Origin: Flavobacteriales bacterium
GTDB taxonomy: Bacteria; Bacteroidota; Bacteroidia; Palsa-965
Assembly (NCBI GenBank): GCA_040377305.1
Contig: JBEIPA010000017.1
Span: 32,001-96,000, forward strand
Length of the DNA stretch: 64,000 nucleotides
Reading direction: 5' to 3'
In this document: piece after piece, positions 18,710 through 33,100 of the stretch
How the letters are laid out: each line of letters starts with the position of its first letter
Position numbering within the stretch: position 1 is the first letter of the stretch
The notes under the pieces: generated by a model
The model's database searches: none
Seen by the model: only the letters and a program-made list of their open reading frames with translations
What the model was told of the DNA's origin: nothing
Position numbers and translations under genes: made by a program

Positions 18710-21700
18710 ATGATGAAGAGAACTCTACTCCTACTACTTCTCTCCGTGTTTGTTTTCTCAACTCATTATTTATCAGCACAGGCGTCTGCTTGTCCTCAGG
18801 TAAATGCCGGAGTGGATCAAACAATCTGTCCGGGCCAATGCGTGAATCTTACAGCAACCATTCAAGGTCCGCATGCCACAACATCGTACATAGGTAATGC
18901 GATTCCTTATAGCCCGTATTCTTATACAACAGGCACTCCGGTTCTCGTTAACATAGACGACGTTTGGACGCCGGTGATTAACATGCCATTCTGCTTCCAG
19001 TTTTATGGTAACACATACAACCAACTTGTTATTGGTTCGAATGGACTGATTTCATTTAACCTCGCTTACGCAGGTGCATTTTGTCAGTGGTCATTCGTAA
19101 ATCCGATTCCAACCAATACATGCCCGATCAATTCGATCATGGCACCGTACCATGATATTGATCCTTCGATCGGTGCAACTTCAGATACGCGTTACGCAAC
19201 TTATGGAACTGCACCATGCCGCGAGTTTGTAGTGAGCTGGTATAACGTTCCGATGTTCAGCGGAGCGTGTAACTCCCAACTTGCAAGTCAGCAGATTGTT
19301 TTGCATGAGAACACCAACATCATTGACATTTACATTGCCAACAAGCCTTTGTGCGCAAGTTGGAATGGTGGTCGCGCCACAGAGGGAATTCAGAATGCTG
19401 CGGGTACCGCTGCTAACTTTGTTCCCGGACGTAATGCGTCACAGTGGGTTGCCGCAAACGATGGTTATCGTTTCACACCGAGTGGTGCTGCGCAGTATGT
19501 GTTGACATGGTTCGGACCTAGCGGAAGTTTAGGTAGTGCAAATCCCATTACGGTTTGTCCCTCAACAACTACAACATACACTGCTCAGGTTGTAAATACG
19601 ACATGCGCCGGTAACGTAACTGTTTCTGATCAGGTAACAGTTAATACTACTTCAGGAGGAATAACTACAACAGGATCGCAAACAGATATTTTGTGTAACG
19701 GACTTTGCACCGGATCCGCAACTGTTAATATCACGGCGGGAACAGGACCGTTTACTTACGTCTGGGCGCCAGCACCCGGAGCGGGACAAGGAACTGCAAG
19801 CGCCAGTGGATTGTGCCCCGGTATATACACATGCATCGTGTCGAATGCCGCCGGGTGTACCGCATCACAAACATTCAACATCACCCAAGTCCCCGTCATA
19901 ACAGCAACACAAACACAAACGAATGTATTGTGTAACGGAAGTTGTACGGGACAAGCCAACGTTGCCGCCGGTGGAGGAACCGGTACATACAGCTACAACT
20001 GGGCACCAGCACCGGGTGGCGGACAAGGAACCGCTACAGCAACCGGACTCTGTGCGGGGGTTTATGTGTGTACAATCACATCCGGTCCTGCTGGTTGTAC
20101 GATTACAAGAACATTTACAATTACTGCGCCGCCTGCAATTACATCGACGATGGCCATGACACCAGCAACGTGTGGAGCATTCAACGGCACTGCAAGTATT
20201 ACTCCGAGTGGCGGGGCAGGTGGATACACTTACAATTGGACTCCTGGAAATCCGACGGGTGATGGAACAAATACTATTTCCGCTTTAGCGCCGGGTGCAT
20301 GGGTTTGCACTGTAACTGATGCCAACGGATGTACGCACACGAACACGATCAACGTAACGTCAACTACCGGGATCACTGGAACATTTACTGCAACTAACGC
20401 AGCGTGTTTCGGTGGAACAGGAACTGCAACTGCTGTGCCTACCGGCGGAACCGGACCGTACACTTATGCATGGGCACCATCAGGTGGTAACAATGCAATA
20501 GCAACAGTGCCTGCAGGTGTTTACACCTGTACGATTACCGATGTTCCAACCGGATGCACCGTTGTAATTACTGTGACAATCACTCAACCACCCGCACTGA
20601 GCGTTACCCCTACACAAACGAATATCACGTGTAATGCACTTTGTAATGGTGCTGCATCTGTAAACGTTTCAGGAGGAACTGCAGGTTACACGTACAATTG
20701 GTCACCTGCACCGGGCGCGGGACAAGGAACAGCGAATGCAAGTTCTTTGTGTGTTGGAACCTACACATGCACTACTACCGATGCGAACGGTTGTACGATC
20801 ACTCAATCATTCAACATCACCCAACCTCCTGCACTCACACTTGTCATGTCAATGACTCAAGCAACGTGTGGCAATGCGAACGGTCAGGCATGCGTTGTGG
20901 CATCGGGAGGATCACCGGGTTACACGTATGCGTGGTTACCAGGTGGAGGAACTGGTGCTTGTGCAACTGGATTGCTCTCGAACATTTATACCGTGACTGT
21001 TACAGATCTCAATGGTTGCACAGCTACGAACTCAATCAATGTCACAAACGCAGCTGCACCTTCTGCAACAATTACGGCATTCACAAACGTTAGCTGCTTC
21101 GGTGGCAATAATGGATCTGCAACTGTTGCTGCGAGCGGGGGAACAGGTCCTTATACATACACATGGTCACCGGTTGGCGGAAACACAACCGTCGGAACTC
21201 CTCTCACTGCGCAGAATTATACAGTGACTGTTGCGGATGCAAACGGATGTACAACTACAGCTACCGTTGCAATAACACAACCGCCGGTATTAACCGCAAC
21301 TGCTGCAGGATCAAATGTATTGTGTAACGGTGCTTCTACAGGATCTGTTACCATCACAGCTGGTGGTGGCGTTGGTCCTTACACTTACGCATGGACTCCA
21401 AGTGGTGGACCAGGGAATACAGCAGCGAATGTTCCTGCAGCGCTATATTCATGCACAGTTACGGATGTAAATGGTTGTACGGTTACTGCAACATTCAATG
21501 TAACCCAACCAACGGCACTTAGCGTAACAACATCCTTTACTCAGTCAACATGTGGTTTGCCTAACGGTAGCGCGTGTGTGAATGCATCGGGTGGAGCTGG
21601 TGGATATACTTACGCGTGGAGTCCGGTTGCTGGTGCCGGAAACTGTCTCAACAATATTGTAGGTGGAATATATACCTGTACCGTCACGGATGTGAATGGA

Positions 21701-23908
21701 TGTACAATAACAACTACAGTTAACGTCCCAAGCGCAAATACTCCTGTGGTATCGATTATTTCTTTCACGAACGTAACATGCTTCGGCGGAACTGACGGTG
21801 GTGCAACTGCATCTTCAACCGGAGGAACCACACCATATGCTTACGTGTGGAGCAACGGAGATCCGGATTCAGTGCTTAGTACTGTAGGAATGGGGACCTA
21901 TATCGTGACCGTTACAGATGCCAATAGTTGTTCAGACACAACGCAGGTAACGATCACAGAACCACCACAGCTTACAGCAACAATTTCTGGAGTTGATATT
22001 TTGTGCTTTGGAAACACAACAGGATCTGCAACTGTCACACCTTCCGGCGGAACCGGTGCTTACTCCTATGTGTGGAATCCTTCAGCACAAATCACACAAA
22101 CGGCAACGAACCTTGGTGCAGGAACTTATAGTTGTACCATTACAGATGCGAACGGATGTACAACAATGGTTTCAGTCACGCTTACTGAACCACCGTTACT
22201 CACTGTTGCATCAGCAGGATTCAATGTAACGTGTTTCGGTGCATGCGACGGACAGCTTGTTTCCATTCCGGGCGGTGGCGTTCCGAACTACACATTCAAC
22301 TGGTCATCGGGATGCATTACTCCCGCATGTAGCAACGTGTGTACCGGAATTTACACCGTAACTGTTACAGACATGAATGGTTGCACAGCGTCGGATACAG
22401 CGCTGGTAACTGAACCAACTGCAATTGTTATTAATACATCTGCGGTAGATGCACATTGCAACCAGGCTGATGGTTCTGCTTCTGCAAATGCTAATGGCGG
22501 AACCGGACTGTTAACTTATCAATGGATTAGTGGTCCGGCGAATCAGAATTACAACAACATTGTTGCCAATACTTATTCGGTGATCGTAACGGATGCAAAT
22601 GGTTGTGCAGATACAGCGACAGCAGTAGTGAACAATCTGAATGGAGTAACAGCAACGTTGAATGCGTCCGTTGATCTTTCCTGCTTCCAATCGAATGATG
22701 GATCTATCGACATTGATGCAAGTGGCGGAACACCGGGCTATACATACACATGGTCGCCTAACGTTTCTGCAACCGACATCGGATCGAATCTATCAGCTCA
22801 ACCTTACGCTATTACTGTTACTGATGCTGCTGGTTGTACATCTGTTGTGAATGTGATCCTGACTGAACCTCCCGTGCTAACGCTTGCGGCAACTGCAACA
22901 CCAGCTGCAGTTTGCGCCGGATCACCGGTAACGTTGAATGCTATTGCAAATGGAGGAACTCCGGCTTATACATACACATGGAATCCGGGTGCCATGATTG
23001 GTGCAACGCAAAACATTACTCCACCGGCAACTCAAACGTATACTGTTGATGTGACTGACGCGAATGGCTGCACAGCATCTGCACCCGTTCTTGTTACTGT
23101 AAATGATTTGCCTGTCTCAACATTTACATCAGATCTGGTTTCAGGTTGCGCACCACTCACCGTTAATTTCACTGACTCAAGTACTGTATTAGCTCCGGGT
23201 ACTATTACAGGATGGACCTGGGATTTCGGTGATAATAACACCTCAACACAGCAAAGTCCTTCGCACACGTACACCACACCTGGTGTTTATACAGTGATTC
23301 TTACTGCAACAACCAGCGCAGGATGTACGCAAACCATTACGATGAACAATTACATCAATGTGTTTGCCGTACCCGTTGCAGCATTTATAGCCGGCCCACA
23401 ACCGACAACGATTCTGAATCCCGACATTTCATTCACCGATGCTTCTACCAATGCGGCGTCGTGGCATTGGACTTTCGGTGATGCAACAACACCATCAAGC
23501 TCTACAGACCAGAATCCAACGTTCACGTATGATGAACCATCCTGTTACAATGTGGTGCTGGAAGTAACTTCCATTGACGGTTGCGTAGATGTTGACTCAC
23601 AACAAGTATGCATTGACCCAGACGTAATTATTTATGTACCGAATGCATTCACGCCGAATGACGATGGAGTCAATGATGAATTCATTCCTATGATGGAAGG
23701 AATTGATCCTGATAACTATCAGTTGTGGGTATTCGATCGTTGGGGAAATATGATCTGGTACACGGATGATATAGATGAAGGTTGGAATGGTATCGTACTT
23801 GGCGGAACGGAATTATGTCAGATCGACACGTATGTCTGGAAACTGAAGTGTAAAGATATTCTCGACAAACGCCACGAATTGATTGGGCGTGTAAGCTTAA
23901 TTAGGTAG
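18710..23908 (+). CDS. SprB-repeat / PKD adhesin with T9SS type B (gliding-motility-associated) CTD, 1732 aa
   Basis: Signal peptide; ~76-aa modules C...GSA.V...GG.GPYTY.W...YTVTVTDANGC; PKD WDFGD; CTD YVPNAFTPNDDGVND...VFDRWG. Confidence 0.92.
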   Translation: MMKRTLLLLLLSVFVFSTHYLSAQASACPQVNAGVDQTICPGQCVNLTATIQGPHATTSYIGNAIPYSPYSYTTGTPVLVNIDDVWTPVINMPFCFQFYGNTYNQLVIGSNGLISFNLAYAGAFCQWSFVNPIPTNTCPINSIMAPYHDIDPSIGATSDTRYATYGTAPCREFVVSWYNVPMFSGACNSQLASQQIVLHENTNIIDIYIANKPLCASWNGGRATEGIQNAAGTAANFVPGRNASQWVAANDGYRFTPSGAAQYVLTWFGPSGSLGSANPITVCPSTTTTYTAQVVNTTCAGNVTVSDQVTVNTTSGGITTTGSQTDILCNGLCTGSATVNITAGTGPFTYVWAPAPGAGQGTASASGLCPGIYTCIVSNAAGCTASQTFNITQVPVITATQTQTNVLCNGSCTGQANVAAGGGTGTYSYNWAPAPGGGQGTATATGLCAGVYVCTITSGPAGCTITRTFTITAPPAITSTMAMTPATCGAFNGTASITPSGGAGGYTYNWTPGNPTGDGTNTISALAPGAWVCTVTDANGCTHTNTINVTSTTGITGTFTATNAACFGGTGTATAVPTGGTGPYTYAWAPSGGNNAIATVPAGVYTCTITDVPTGCTVVITVTITQPPALSVTPTQTNITCNALCNGAASVNVSGGTAGYTYNWSPAPGAGQGTANASSLCVGTYTCTTTDANGCTITQSFNITQPPALTLVMSMTQATCGNANGQACVVASGGSPGYTYAWLPGGGTGACATGLLSNIYTVTVTDLNGCTATNSINVTNAAAPSATITAFTNVSCFGGNNGSATVAASGGTGPYTYTWSPVGGNTTVGTPLTAQNYTVTVADANGCTTTATVAITQPPVLTATAAGSNVLCNGASTGSVTITAGGGVGPYTYAWTPSGGPGNTAANVPAALYSCTVTDVNGCTVTATFNVTQPTALSVTTSFTQSTCGLPNGSACVNASGGAGGYTYAWSPVAGAGNCLNNIVGGIYTCTVTDVNGCTITTTVNVPSANTPVVSIISFTNVTCFGGTDGGATASSTGGTTPYAYVWSNGDPDSVLSTVGMGTYIVTVTDANSCSDTTQVTITEPPQLTATISGVDILCFGNTTGSATVTPSGGTGAYSYVWNPSAQITQTATNLGAGTYSCTITDANGCTTMVSVTLTEPPLLTVASAGFNVTCFGACDGQLVSIPGGGVPNYTFNWSSGCITPACSNVCTGIYTVTVTDMNGCTASDTALVTEPTAIVINTSAVDAHCNQADGSASANANGGTGLLTYQWISGPANQNYNNIVANTYSVIVTDANGCADTATAVVNNLNGVTATLNASVDLSCFQSNDGSIDIDASGGTPGYTYTWSPNVSATDIGSNLSAQPYAITVTDAAGCTSVVNVILTEPPVLTLAATATPAAVCAGSPVTLNAIANGGTPAYTYTWNPGAMIGATQNITPPATQTYTVDVTDANGCTASAPVLVTVNDLPVSTFTSDLVSGCAPLTVNFTDSSTVLAPGTITGWTWDFGDNNTSTQQSPSHTYTTPGVYTVILTATTSAGCTQTITMNNYINVFAVPVAAFIAGPQPTTILNPDISFTDASTNAASWHWTFGDATTPSSSTDQNPTFTYDEPSCYNVVLEVTSIDGCVDVDSQQVCIDPDVIIYVPNAFTPNDDGVNDEFIPMMEGIDPDNYQLWVFDRWGNMIWYTDDIDEGWNGIVLGGTELCQIDTYVWKLKCKDILDKRHELIGRVSLIR

Positions 23909-23982
23909 TGTCTCTTCGTTTGAAAGTATGGAACCCCGTTTAAGTATTCAGGCTTTCTTGCCCATTAATTTTCAACACAATT

Positions 23983-24035
23983 TTCAACGAAAGCGCGTTA
24001 AACTTCGACCAGACCTGACAATTGTTAGACGAATC
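23983..24035 (+). promoter_or_regulatory. candidate LytTR-type triple direct repeat
   Basis: TTCAACGAA, TTCGACCAG and TTAGACGAA at an exact 21-nt period upstream of the giant adhesin. Confidence 0.4.
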
Positions 24036-24135
24036 TGAGCTTTTGCACATTTCCGGGAAAACTGTTGCCAACTTGCTGTATTTCACTAAATTGTGCATGG
24101 CAAATTAACCCAGAGTACCCCTTACACGACTCAAA

Positions 24136-27100
24136 ATGGCACAACCTCTACACGCACGACGGGTGAAGTCCGCACATACTTCACGCGTATTAATTTTTGT
24201 AGTAGTCTCCTTCCTGTTTTTTGGATTCCAAAACCTTCTCGCACAAGCAACAGGTCCTGTTGTTTGTCCAGTGAATGCCGGAGCAGATGTCAGCATTTGT
24301 GCACCGAACTGTGCACCACTTTCAGGAACCTACACGCAGGTGAATGCACCGACTAACTACGCTGTAAGTTCAATCCCTTACGCTCCGGATCCATTTACTA
24401 CAGGAACTAACGTGGCATTGTTTGATGACCAGTGGTCTGCTGCGATCAATATCGGTTTCCCTTTTTGTTTTTACGGTAACACATACACACAGGTTTTGAT
24501 CGGCTCCAATGGCTTGATCTCATTCAACGTTGCGTTAGCGGGTGGTTATTGTCAGTGGCCGATCAACGCAGCAGTGCCAAGTGCAGCTGACCCAATGAAT
24601 ACTGTAATGGGTCCGTGGCAGGATCTATATCCTCCAGGCGGTGGGACAATACGTTATACAATTTACGGTACTGCTCCATGCCGTCGTTTCGTAGTGAGCT
24701 GGAACCAAATGCCAATGTATTCATGTACCTCAACCCTTTGTACGCAACAGATCACGCTCTACGAAACCTCAAACGTCATTGATAACTACATTCAGACAAA
24801 ACCGTTGTGTACAGGTTGGAACGCAGGGACTGCAATTCAAGCCGTTCACAATGCTGCCGGTACTGCCGCGGTTGCAGTTGCTGGTCGCAACTATCCAACA
24901 CAGTGGACAACAACAAACGATGCACGTCGTTGGACACCAAGTGGAGCAAACATGACTTCTATTGGTTGGTATATTGGTGCTGCTTTACAAAGCACTGCGC
25001 AGAACTACACACCATGCCCTACTGCAACTACTACTTATAACTTCACAGCGACGTATACCAATTGTAACGGTACTACTGTTCAGCAAACTGATCAGGTTGT
25101 TGTAACTGTAAGCTCACTCACGGTTACTGCAACGCAAACAAACTTAACGTGCTTCAACAATTGTACAGGAAGTTCGACTGTTACAGCATCAGGAGGCGGA
25201 CCATACAGCTACAACTGGTCTCCCGCTCCGGGTGGTGGTCAAGGAACAGCAACTGCCACGGGATTATGTGCCCAGTCGTACACGTGTGTCGTTACGGGTG
25301 CTGGAGGTTGTACGGGGCAAGTCGTCGTCAACATCACTCAGCCTCCGCAGATTGCATTAGTACCAACGCAAACGAACGTCCTATGCAATGGAGTGTGTAA
25401 CGGAGCCGCTTCAGTCGTCGCCTCGGGTGGTACAGGAGTCTATACTTATGTTTGGGCGCCAGCTCCCGGAGGAGGACAAGGAACCGCAAATGCAACAGGT
25501 CTTTGCGCAGGTACATATACGGTGACAGTTTCTTCGCCAGCAGGTTGTACACGAACACAAGCATTCACGATTACGCAACCGCCGGCGTTAGCTTCAACCG
25601 GATCACACACAAATATTCTATGTAATGGAGCGTGTACTGGTGCTGCTTCTGTAACGCCTTCCGGAGGTGTTGGACCTTACACTTATTCATGGGCTCCCTC
25701 CGGTGGTACGGCTTCCTCAACTACAGGTAGATGCGTGGGTACTTACACGGTCACATTTACGGATGCAAACGGTTGCACGGGAACCCGAGTATTCAACATT
25801 ACACAACCGACTGCGGTTACAACTACAGGTGGACAAACCAACGTAACCTGTAACGGGGCTTGTACCGGTTCTGCAACTGTCACTCCATCTGGTGGCGTTG
25901 GACCTTACACTTACGTTTGGTCGCCAGCACCTGGTGGTGGACAAGGAACTGCAATTGCAACAGGATTGTGTGCCAACACATACACTGTAACTGTAACTGA
26001 TGCTAACGGATGTACCGCAACCAGAATATATACAATCACACAACCTCCCGTAATTGCATTAGTCCCTACGCAAACAAACGTTTTGTGTAACGGACAATGC
26101 AATGGAGCCGCTTCAGTTGTTGCATCAGGTGGAACGGGAACTTATACATACGTGTGGGCTCCGGCGCCGGGTGCGGGACAGGGAACTGCGAACGCTACGG
26201 GTCTGTGTGCTGGTAACTACACAGTGACAGTATCATCACCTGCTGGTTGTACAAGAACACAGATATTCAATATTACCGCGCCACCTGCACTTACATCAAC
26301 TGGTTCACACACCAACATATTATGTAATGGTGCGTGTACAGGGGCTGCAACAGTAACCCCATCAGGAGGTGTAGGTCCTTACACTTATTCATGGGCTCCG
26401 TCCGGCGGAACTGCTGCAACAACAACCGGTCGATGTGCTGGTACTTACACTGTAACGTTTACAGATGCGAACGGTTGTACGGGTACGCGTACGTTCAACA
26501 TTACTGCTCCACCTGCCTTGACTTCGACTGGATCACAAACAAACATTCTTTGTAATGGTGCATGTACTGGTGCGGCTTCAGTTACTCCTTCGGGTGGTGT
26601 TGGTCCGTACACCTATTCATGGGCTCCGTCTGGTGGTACTGCATCATCGACTACAGGTCGATGCGTTGGTACTTACACTGTAACATTTACAGATGCAAAC
26701 GGATGTACAGGTACACGCATTTATAATATCACTCAACCACCTGCTCTTACATCAACAACATCGTTCACACAGGCAACGTGTAACATGTCGAATGGACTTG
26801 CTTCGGTAACTCCTTCGGGAGGTGTTGGTCCGTATACTTATCTGTGGGCGCCATCAGGCGGAACAGGTGCAACTACAACGCCAAGACCTGCCGGTATTTA
26901 CACCGTAACATTCACAGATGCGAACGGATGTACTGGAACTGCAACGGTAAACATTCCTAACGCTGCTGCACCAACAGCAACGATCACAGCAGTAGTAAAC
27001 GTTACCTGTTTTGGTGCAAGCACGGGAAGTGCAACAGTTGCCGCTTCAGGTGGAACTGGTCCGTACACATATGCATGGACGCCATCCGGTGGAACAGGAA

Positions 27101-30100
27101 CTACAACAACTCCTCGTCCTGCCGGCAACTACACAGTTACCGTTACCGATGCAAACGGATGTACCGTGCAACAAACAGTTGCAATCACACAACCACCGGC
27201 AATTACACTCACTCCAACTCAGACAAACGTTTTATGTAACGGTGGCTTAACAGGAAGTGCATCAGTTGTTGCATCAGGTGGTACTGGTACATTTACTTAT
27301 GCATGGGCTCCGTCTGGCGGAACAGGTGCAACAGCAACAGGACTTGGTGCTGGTACTTATACAGTAACAGTTTCTTCTCCGGCGGGATGTACTGCAACTC
27401 AAACTTACACGATCACTGCTCCTCCTGCATTGACATCAACCGGAACACAAACAAACATTTTGTGTAACGCTGCATGTACAGGTGCTGCTTCAGTAACAGT
27501 TACAGGAGGTGTTGGACCATATACTTATCTATGGGCTCCTTCTGGTGGTACTGCTGCCGGAACAACAGGTCGTTGTGTTGGTACTTACACAGTAACATTC
27601 ACGGATGCAAACGGATGTACAGGAACTCGTTCATTCACTATTACACAGCCAACCGCGCTTGCTGCAACAACATCATTTACTCAGGCAACTTGTAACATGT
27701 CGAATGGTTCGGCATCCGTTTCGGTTTCTGGTGGTGTTGGTCCTTATACATATCTGTGGGCTCCGCTCGGCGGAACAACAGCGACGGTGACTGGTCGTCC
27801 TGCAGGTACATATACAGTAACTTATACTGATGCTAACGGATGTACAGGTACTGCTACAGTAACTATTCCAAATGCTGCTGCTCCAACTGCAACAATCACT
27901 GCAACAGTTAACGTGACATGTTTCGGTGCTTCAACAGGCGGTGCTACAGTAGCTGCTTCAGGTGGAACTGGTCCATACACTTACGCATGGACTCCGTCAG
28001 GTGGAACCGGTTCATCAACAACCGGTCGTCCTGCAGGCACATATACTGTAACAGTTACAGATGCGAACGGATGTACTGTGCAAGCAACAGTAACAATAAC
28101 ACAACCACCAGCCATCACCCTCACTCCTACTCAGACAAACGTTCTGTGTAATGGTGGCTTAACAGGAAGTGCTTCCGTTGTTGCATCAGGTGGAACTGGT
28201 ACATATACTTATGCATGGGCTCCGTCAGGCGGAACAGGTGCAACAGCAACAGGACTTGGTGCAGGAACTTACACGGTGACTGTTTCTTCACCTGCCGGCT
28301 GCACTGCAACGCAAATATTCAACATCACTGCTCCTCCTGTATTGACGACTACGGGTGCACAAACGAACGTGTTGTGTAATGGTGGAACAACAGGATCTGC
28401 AACAGTTACTCCTTCAGGAGGAGTTGGACCATACACGTATTCATGGGCTCCTACAGGTGGAACTGCAGCCATTGCGACAGGATTAACAGCACAGACTTAC
28501 ACGGTAACAGTTACTGATGCAAACGGATGTACTGCTACGCGAACGTTCACTATCACACAACCACCTGCACTTACTTCCACAACATCATTCACGCAGGCTA
28601 CCTGTAACATGTCTAACGGTTCGGCATCCGTTGCAGTTTCCGGTGGTGTAGGTCCTTACACATATTCATGGGCTCCTACAGGTGGAACCGGCGCAACCGC
28701 ATCAGGTCAACCTTCAGGAATATACACGGTAACATTCACAGATGCGAACGGATGTACAGGTACGGCAACAGTGAACATTCCGAATGCTGCTGCACCTTCT
28801 GCAACAATCACTGCAACTACTCCAGTTGTATGTTTCGGTGGTAACACAGGTTCCGCGACGGTTGCTGCATCTGGTGGTACCGGCCCTTATACGTATGCCT
28901 GGGCTCCAATCGGTGGAACAGGAACAACAGGAACCAACCTCACTGCTCAGACTTACACCGTCACAGTTACTGATGTCAACGGATGTACAGCAACAGCAAC
29001 TACAACGATCACGCAACCAACAGCTGTTACTGCAACTGCTGCTTCTTCACCAGTTCTTTGTAATGGTGGATCAACCGGAAGTGCAACTGTTACACCTGCT
29101 GGTGGAATTGGCCCTTACACGTATGCGTGGGCGCCAAGTGGCGGTACTGCTGCAACTGCAACAGGATTGAACGCAACTACATATACTGTTACTGTTACAG
29201 ATGCGAATGGTTGTACAACCACGGCGATGACAACCGTAACTCAACCTACCGCTGTAACTGCAACTGCTGCTTCATCACCTGTCCTTTGTAACGGTGGTAC
29301 AACAGGATCTGCAACCGTAACTCCTGTTGGCGGAACAGGTCCATACACCTTTGCGTGGGCTCCTACTGGTGGAACCGCTGCGATTGCGACAGGATTAAAT
29401 GCGAATACATATACGGTAACGGTTACCGATGCTAACGGTTGTACAATCACAGCAATTACAACCGTTACTCAACCACCGGCACTTTCTGCTACTACATCAT
29501 TCACGCAAGCTACATGCGGAGCCTCTAACGGTTCAGCATCGGTTGCTGTTACTGGTGGTGTTGGTCCTTATACGTATGCATGGGCACCTGCGGGTGGAAC
29601 AGGCGCAACTGCAACCGGACTTGCAGCGAATACTTACACAGTAACTTTCACAGATGCGAACGGATGTACAGGAACTGCTTCTGTAACTGTTCCAAACGCT
29701 GCTTCACCATCAGCAACAATCACTGCAACAACAAACGTTTCCTGCTTCGGTGGTAACAACGGTTCTGCAACTGTAGCTGCATCGGGTGGTACAGGACCTT
29801 ACACTTATGCATGGACACCAATCGGTGGTACAGGTACTGTAGGAACTAATCTCACTGCGCAGATTTACACCGTAACAGTAACTGATGCTAACGGATGTTC
29901 CACTACAGCCACTGCAACAATCACTGAACCTCCGCTGTTAACAGCTACTGCTACTTCATCTCCGGTATTATGTTTTGGTGGAACAACAGGCAGCGCAACA
30001 GTAACTGCTTCAGGTGGTGTTGCTCCTTATACCTATGCGTGGTCGCCAACCGGCGGCACTGCAACAACTGCTACCGGTCTTAACGCAACGACCTACACGG

Positions 30101-33100
30101 TAACAGTTACGGATGCGAACGGTTGTACAACAACTGCAATGACCACCGTAACTGAACCAACTGCTGTTACTGCAACTGCAGTCATGACTCCGGTTCTCTG
30201 TAATGGTGGGAACACAGGTACTGCAACTGCAACTCCAGGTGGTGGCGTCGGACCATATACGTATTCATGGTCACCATCCGGTCAAACAACAGCAACCGCA
30301 ACGAACCTCACCGCACAATCTTATACCGTAACTGTAACTGATGCTAACGGATGTACTGTTACAGCATCGGTAACTGTAACTGAACCGCCTGCACTTGCTG
30401 CAACCACTTCGTTCACGCAAGCTACGTGCGGTGCAACGAACGGTTCTGCTTCTGTTAACGTAACAGGCGGTGTCGGTCCTTACACCTATTCATGGTCACC
30501 ATCCGGTGGAACCGGATCAACTGCAACAGGACTTGGTGCTAACGTTTACACAGTGACATTTACTGATGCGAATGGTTGCACAGGAACCGCAACAGTAAAC
30601 GTTCCGAACGCTGCTGCACCTTCTATCACTATAACAGGTACAACTGCGGTAACATGCTTCGGCGGAAACGATGGCACTGCAAGTACTTCTGCATCGGGAG
30701 GAACAGCTCCATACACATACTCTTGGGCGCTCACCGGTGGTACTGGTGCAACCGGAATAGGAATGATCGCAGGTAACTACACCGTAACTGTTACTGATGC
30801 GAACGGATGTACTGCAACAGCAACTACAACAATCACCGAACCTACTCAGGTAACAGCGACGTCATCAACTACGGATGTGATCTGTAACGGCAATGCAACA
30901 GGAACTGCAACAGCAGTTGGTGCAGGCGGTATCGCTCCTTACACTTACCTCTGGTCATCAGGTGGAACGAATGCACTTGAAACCGGATTGCTCGCAGGCT
31001 CATACACATGCACAGTTACTGATGCTAACGGTTGTACAACAACTACAATTGCAACTGTAGTTGAACCAACACAGGTTACTTCGACAATCTCCGGAGTAGA
31101 CATCCTTTGCAACGGTGGCAATAACGGTTCTGCAACAGTAATTCCGGCTGGTGGTATCGGACCATATACCTATTTGTGGACACCAACTGCACAGACAACT
31201 GCAACTGCATCAACACTTACAGCAGGTACATATTCATGCGATATTACAGATGCGAACGGTTGTTCAATCACAGTGACCATCACGCTGACTGAACCAGCTG
31301 CACTTACAGCTACAACTTCATTCACCCAGGCTACGTGCGGAGCGGCGAACGGTTCTGCAGTTGTAACTGTGAATGGTGGTATATCACCTTACACCTACCT
31401 ATGGTCTTCTGGCGGAACAGCCGCTCTCGAGACGGGACTCGCTGCCAATACTTACACTGTAACATTCACAGACGCGAACGGATGTTCAGATACTGCACAG
31501 GTCACTGTACCTAATGCTGCTTCACCAGTAATTACCGTAACAGGTACTACCCCGGTAACATGTTTTGGCGGCAACGACGGAACGGCTTCCACTAACACAA
31601 CAGGCGGAACTGCTCCTTACACGTATGCATGGGCGCTTACTGGTGGTACTGGTGCAACCGGAACAGGAATGGTCGCTGGTAACTACACAGTGACTGTTAC
31701 TGATGCAAACGGATGTACTTCCACCGCTACTACAACAATCACGGAACCAACTTTGGTGACAGCGACTTCAACCACAACAGATGTAATCTGTAATGGTAAT
31801 GCAACCGGAACTGCAACTGCAGTTGGCGCGGGTGGTATTGCTCCTTACACTTACCTCTGGTCATCAGGTGGAACGAATGCACTTGAAACCGGATTGCTCG
31901 CAGGTTCTTACACGTGCACGGTTACAGATGCGAACGGTTGTACAACAACTACAATTGCAACTGTAGTTGAACCAACACAGGTTACTTCAACAATCTCCGG
32001 AGTAGACATCTTGTGTAACGGTGGCAACAACGGTTCTGCAACAGTAGTTCCTGCTGGTGGTATCGGTCCATATACATACTTGTGGACACCAACTGCACAG
32101 ACAACTGCAACTGCAACAACTCTGCTTGCTGGTACATACTCATGCGATATTACAGATGCGAACGGATGTTCAATCACAGTAACCATCACATTGACTGAAC
32201 CTGCTGCACTTACTGCAACAACTTCGTTCACGCAGGCGACCTGCAGTCAGGCGAATGGTTCTGCTGATGTAACCGTATCAGGTGGTATCGGACCATATAC
32301 TTATTCATGGTCATCCGGAGGAACTGCCGCACTCGAAACCGGTCTCGCTGCGAATACGTACACCGTAACATTCACAGACGCGAACGGATGCTCAGATACA
32401 GCCCAGGTAACAGTTCCTAACGCTGCTTCTCCTGCAATCGTTGTTTCAGGTACAACAGCCGTAACCTGCTTCGGTGGTGCCGACGGAACTGCAACAACGG
32501 TTACAACAGGCGGTACTGCTCCATACACGTATGCATGGGCACTCACTGGCGGAACAGGTTCAGTTGGTACGGGAATGATCGCAGGTAACTACACAGTAAC
32601 AGTTACTGATGCAAACGGATGTACTGCAACTGCAACAACAACCATCACAGAGCCAACTTTAGTAACTGCAACCTCATCTACCACAGATGTAATCTGTAAT
32701 GGTGATGCAACCGGAACAGCAACAGCAGTTGGTGCTGGTGGTATCGCTCCTTACACTTACCTCTGGTCATCAGGCGGAACGAACGCACTGGAAACAGGAT
32801 TGGCTGCAGGTTCTTACACGTGTACAGTAACTGATGCGAACGGATGTACAACTACAACTTCTGTAACTGTTGTCGAGCCTACACAGGTTACTTCAACAAT
32901 CTCCGGAGTTGACATTCTTTGCTTCGGTGGTAACAACGGCTCCGCAACAGTAACTCCTGCGGGAGGTATAGGACCATACACGTACTTGTGGTCACCATCT
33001 GCTCAAACAACTGCAACAGCAACTACGTTGACCGCACAGACTTACTCTTGTGATATCACAGATGCAAACGGATGTTCAATCACGTTGACAATCACATTGA